From the NCBI RefSeq assembly GCF_009914755.1, contig NC_060937.1: DNA of 64,000 nt, one strand, 5' to 3'. Of the stretch, positions 60,328 through 64,000 are shown one piece after another. A model generated the notes under the pieces. That model was given only the letters and a program-made list of their open reading frames with translations, was not told the origin of the DNA and made no database searches. The stretch's first letter is position 1, and each line of letters starts with the position of its first letter. Position numbers and translations under genes: made by a program. Origin of the DNA: the human T2T-CHM13v2.0 reference genome, Homo sapiens.

Positions 60328-62434
60328 TGATGTGGTTTAGCTGTGTCCCCACCCAAATCTCATCTTGTAGTTCCCATAATCCCCATGTGTCGTAGGAAGA
60401 ACCCAGTGGGAGGAAACTGAATCATGGGGGCAGTTACCTCCATACTGTCCTTGACAGTGAATGAGTTCCCACAAGAAAACAATTTCTGATGGTTTTATAA
60501 GGGGCTTTCCCCCTTTCACTTGGCACTTCTCCTTCCTGCCTTCACATGAAGTAGGATGTGTTTGCCTTCCCTTCAGCCATGATTGTAAGTTTCCTGAGGC
60601 CTCAGGAAACAAGTGGAACTGTGAGTCAATTAAAGCTCTTTCCTTTATAAATTATCCAGTCTTGGCAGTTCTTTATAGCAGCATAAAAATGGACTAATAC
60701 AGTAAATTGGTACAGGATAGTGAGGTGCAGCTCTAAAGATACTTGAAAATGTGAAAGTGATTTTGGAACTGGGTTACAGGAAGAGGATGGAACAGTTTGC
60801 AGGGCTCAGAAGAAGATAGGAAGATGTGAGAAAGTTTGGAAGTTCCTAGAGACTTGTTGAATGCAAAATGTTAATAATGATATAGACAATGAAGTTGAGA
60901 TGGAGGTAGTGTTAAAAGCAATCAGTTTTATGTATTCACAAAGTTTGGAAAATTTGCAGCCTGACGATGCAATAGAAAAGAAAAAAAAAAACATTTTCTG
61001 AGGAGAAATTCAAGCCAGCTGCAGAAATTTGCCTAAGTAACAAGGTGCCAAATGTTAGTCGCCAGGATAATGGGGAAAATGTCTCCAGGGCATGTCAGAG
61101 GTCTCCAGGGCAGCCCCTCCCATCACCCGCCCAGAGGCCTAGGAGGAAAAAATGGTGTTGTGGGCCAGGCCCAGGGCCTTGCTGCTTTTTGCAGTCTTGA
61201 GACTATTTGTCCTGCATCCCAGCTGTGGCCAAAAGGGCCAAAGTACAGCTCATATCATTGCTTCAGAGGGTGCAAGCCCCAAGCCTTGTTGGCTTCCACA
61301 TGGTGTTGGGCCTGCAAGTGCACCGAAGTCAAAAATTGAGGTTTGAGAACCTCCACCTATATCCCAGAGGATGTATGGAAATGCCAATATGTCCAGGCAG
61401 AAGTTTGCTGCAGGGGTGGAGCCCTCATGGAGACCTTCTGCTAGGGCAGAGCAGAAGGAAAAGGTGGGGTTGGAGCCCCCACACAGAGTCCCCACTGGGG
61501 TACTGCCTAGTGGAGATGTGAGAAGAGGGCCACTGTCCTCCAGACCCCAGAATGGTAAATCCACTGACAGCTTGCACCATGTGCCTGGAAAAGCCGCAGG
61601 CACTTAATGCAAGCATATAAATGAAGGAGGGCTATACCCTACAAAATCATGTGGGTGGAGCTGCCCAAGGCCATGGAAGCCCACCTCTTGTATCAGCATG
61701 ACCTGTATGTGAGACATGGAGTCTAAGGAGATCATTTTGGAACTTTAATGTTTAATGACTGCCCTATTGCATTTTGGACTTGCATAGGGCCTGTAGCCCC
61801 TTTGTTTTGGCCAGTTTATCCCATGTGGAAGGGGTATACCAAATGCCTGTGCCTTCATTGTATCTAGGAAGTAACTAACTTGCTTTCAGATTTACAGGCT
61901 TATAGGTGGAAGGGACTTGCCTTGTCTCAGATTAGACCTTGGACTTGGACTTTTGGGTTAATGGTGGAATGCGCTAAGACTTTGGGGAACTGTTGGAAAG
62001 GCATGATTGTGTTTTGAAATGTGAGGTCATGAGATTTGGGAGGGGCCAGGAGCAGAATGATATGGTTTGCCTGTGTCCCCACCCAAATCTCATCTTGAAT
62101 TGTAGTTCCCATAATCCCCATGTGTCATGAGAGGGACCCAGTGGGAGGTAATTGAATAATGGAGTTGGTTACATCCATGCTGTTCTTGTGATAGTGAGAT
62201 CTCACAAGAAAACCATTTCTGATGGTTTTATACAGGGCTTTTCCCCTTTTGCTTGGCACTTTTCTTTCCTGCCATCATTGAAGAAAGATGTGTTTGCTTC
62301 CCCTTCAGCCATAATTGTAAGTTTCCTGAGGCCTCCCCAACCATGCAGAACTTTGAGTCAATTAAACCTCTTTCCATTATAAATCACCCAGTCTTGGACA
62401 ATTATTTATAACAGCATGAGAATGAACTAATACA
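60328..62434 (+). mobile_element. Complete THE1C-like MaLR provirus (LTRs 60328-60701 and 62058-62434), with an internal deletion
   Basis: TG...CA LTRs; perfect 5-bp TSD tcatc at 60323-60327 and 62435-62439. The 1356-bp internal region lacks a block near 60905 that is present in the other THE1 copy. Confidence 0.93.
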
Positions 62435-63379
62435 TCATCTAACATAGTCAAACTGTAGCTTCAATACAATATTTGTAATTAAAATAAAGTAACACCAATT
62501 TATCTATATGCTGCAATAATATTATAGAACAAATATTCTGCACTGTTCAGAATGTTTACATTGCTCTTATCTACTATGTCTGTGTGAATAAAAGTGTATA
62601 ATATTAGTCTAACCATTTTTTACTTCCTACCACTTTACCACATTTGCTAATCAGTGTGTAGTTTGGTGAGTGAATAATTTTCTAATAAGCACTGGACCCA
62701 GGATTTGAACAGAGGCCTCTTTTACTCTCAAACCACCATTCTTTCTTTCAAAGGCAACATTCTGGGCAGGGCACAGGACTAGAAAAATAAACATATACGG
62801 CTTAGAAAAATTCTCAAAAATACATATTGTTAAAATTTAAATTATAACCTCCAAACTTTAATCAGAGAAGGAGACTGAATACAGAGAAATGGACCTTTTA
62901 TCAAAGACTACTCAGAAGAAAAGCCCTGGCTTCTAATTGTGCCCCCCAAAAGACATTTCGATTTACCTTATAAAGTAGGATCAGATATAGTTTTGGGAAC
63001 TGCAAAGTAAACTACAAGTGACTCATAAAACAGGAGTATTATGAGATGAGGGTTATTAAGCATAAGTTATTCCTGTGTGATAATCACAAGCTCCAATAAG
63101 CCAAGTTTTGTTTGTATGTCCAAACTGAAGAATGTACTTGATTCAAGCTCAGAAATACTAGGAAAGGAATAGACAATAACATGCATGAATCATCTTCAGA
63201 GTTTTTGTGACAAGATTTTTTTCTCTTCTCCAACATTTGAAAAAGTTAGGCAGTCACTCTTTAAACTTCTGCTTCATCAATGTCTACTGGCTCATTACTT
63301 TTTCTATTTTATTTGCTTTCTCCTTTGTTTCAGTTTGTGTCACAGTATTTTTTTCTTGCGGATCCTGCCAAAATACATT

Positions 63380-63960
63380 TCATTTGACTTTCTTCATGAC
63401 TTTGTATGTTCTCAGAATTTGCATCTCCTCTAAGATCAGTCCTCACTCTATGTAGATCTCTTCCAGTTTTATACATCAAATTTTGACTTATTTTCCATGT
63501 TCTATAGTTAAATTTCCAATTACCTATTGGATAACCATAATTACATATTCTTTTGATTTCTAAAACTTTAGTGCCTGCTATTTGCAAGATAAATATGCTT
63601 TGGATGAATGAGTAGATATGCAAACCCAAGTAAAGTAAGACACATTTTTACCCCTTACTCCCTAATTTTGGCCACTTAATTCCCATCCATATCTACTGAC
63701 ACCACCATTTCCAAAAATAATCAGTAAATGAGGTTGCAAAGTGCCCTCAACTGCTCCCCTTTTGTACCTTTCATTTTGTACTGTAAGATTACCCTCTTCA
63801 AGAGATCTTGATGTTCCTGTTGCTCATTACTTCTATGATAGTTCTTAGAGGATGAAATTCAAAAGTTTTTCTTTTGACTTCAAAGTTTATGGTGTGAAAT
63901 TAAGTATTGTTCTTTTCTGCCTTGGAAACTTTCCCTATGCTTTCCTTTCTCCTTAATGGT
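63380..63960 (+). mobile_element. Degenerate L2 fragments
   Basis: agatctcttcc...aatttccaattacctattggata; catatctactgacaccaccatt; ttttctgccttggaaactttcc. Confidence 0.45.
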
Positions 63961-64000
63961 TTTTTGTCTGTACTTTTCAATATTACCCAAATCCCAAGCC

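Overview
AT-rich primate, almost certainly human, genomic DNA lying inside the protocadherin-9 gene (PCDH9, minus strand). The only coding sequence I can support is a 202-bp internal exon (7189-7390, minus strand) that the ORF track missed. It encodes [67 protein letters not shown], the delta-1 protocadherin cytoplasmic segment carrying the RRVTF (CM3, PP1-docking) motif. The rest is intron filled with repeats: a full-length ancient L1MA-type LINE with intact target-site duplication (TSD), two complete THE1 proviruses (one nested in an MLT1B LTR), a solo MST LTR, nine Alu/FRAM copies, MER2, L1MC/L2/MIR fragments and microsatellites. I found no new multi-gene system. Three observations stand out. 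(1) A strong in-frame internal 3' splice site in the exon would delete exactly 42 aa including RRVTF. (2) An LF-SINE-like ancient element lies about 1.65 kb from the exon. (3) Several locally templated or fold-back insertions and duplications are present, including 139 bp of nearby unique DNA copied into a THE1 provirus. Repeat subfamily names come from remembered consensus sequences and need RepeatMasker/Dfam confirmation.
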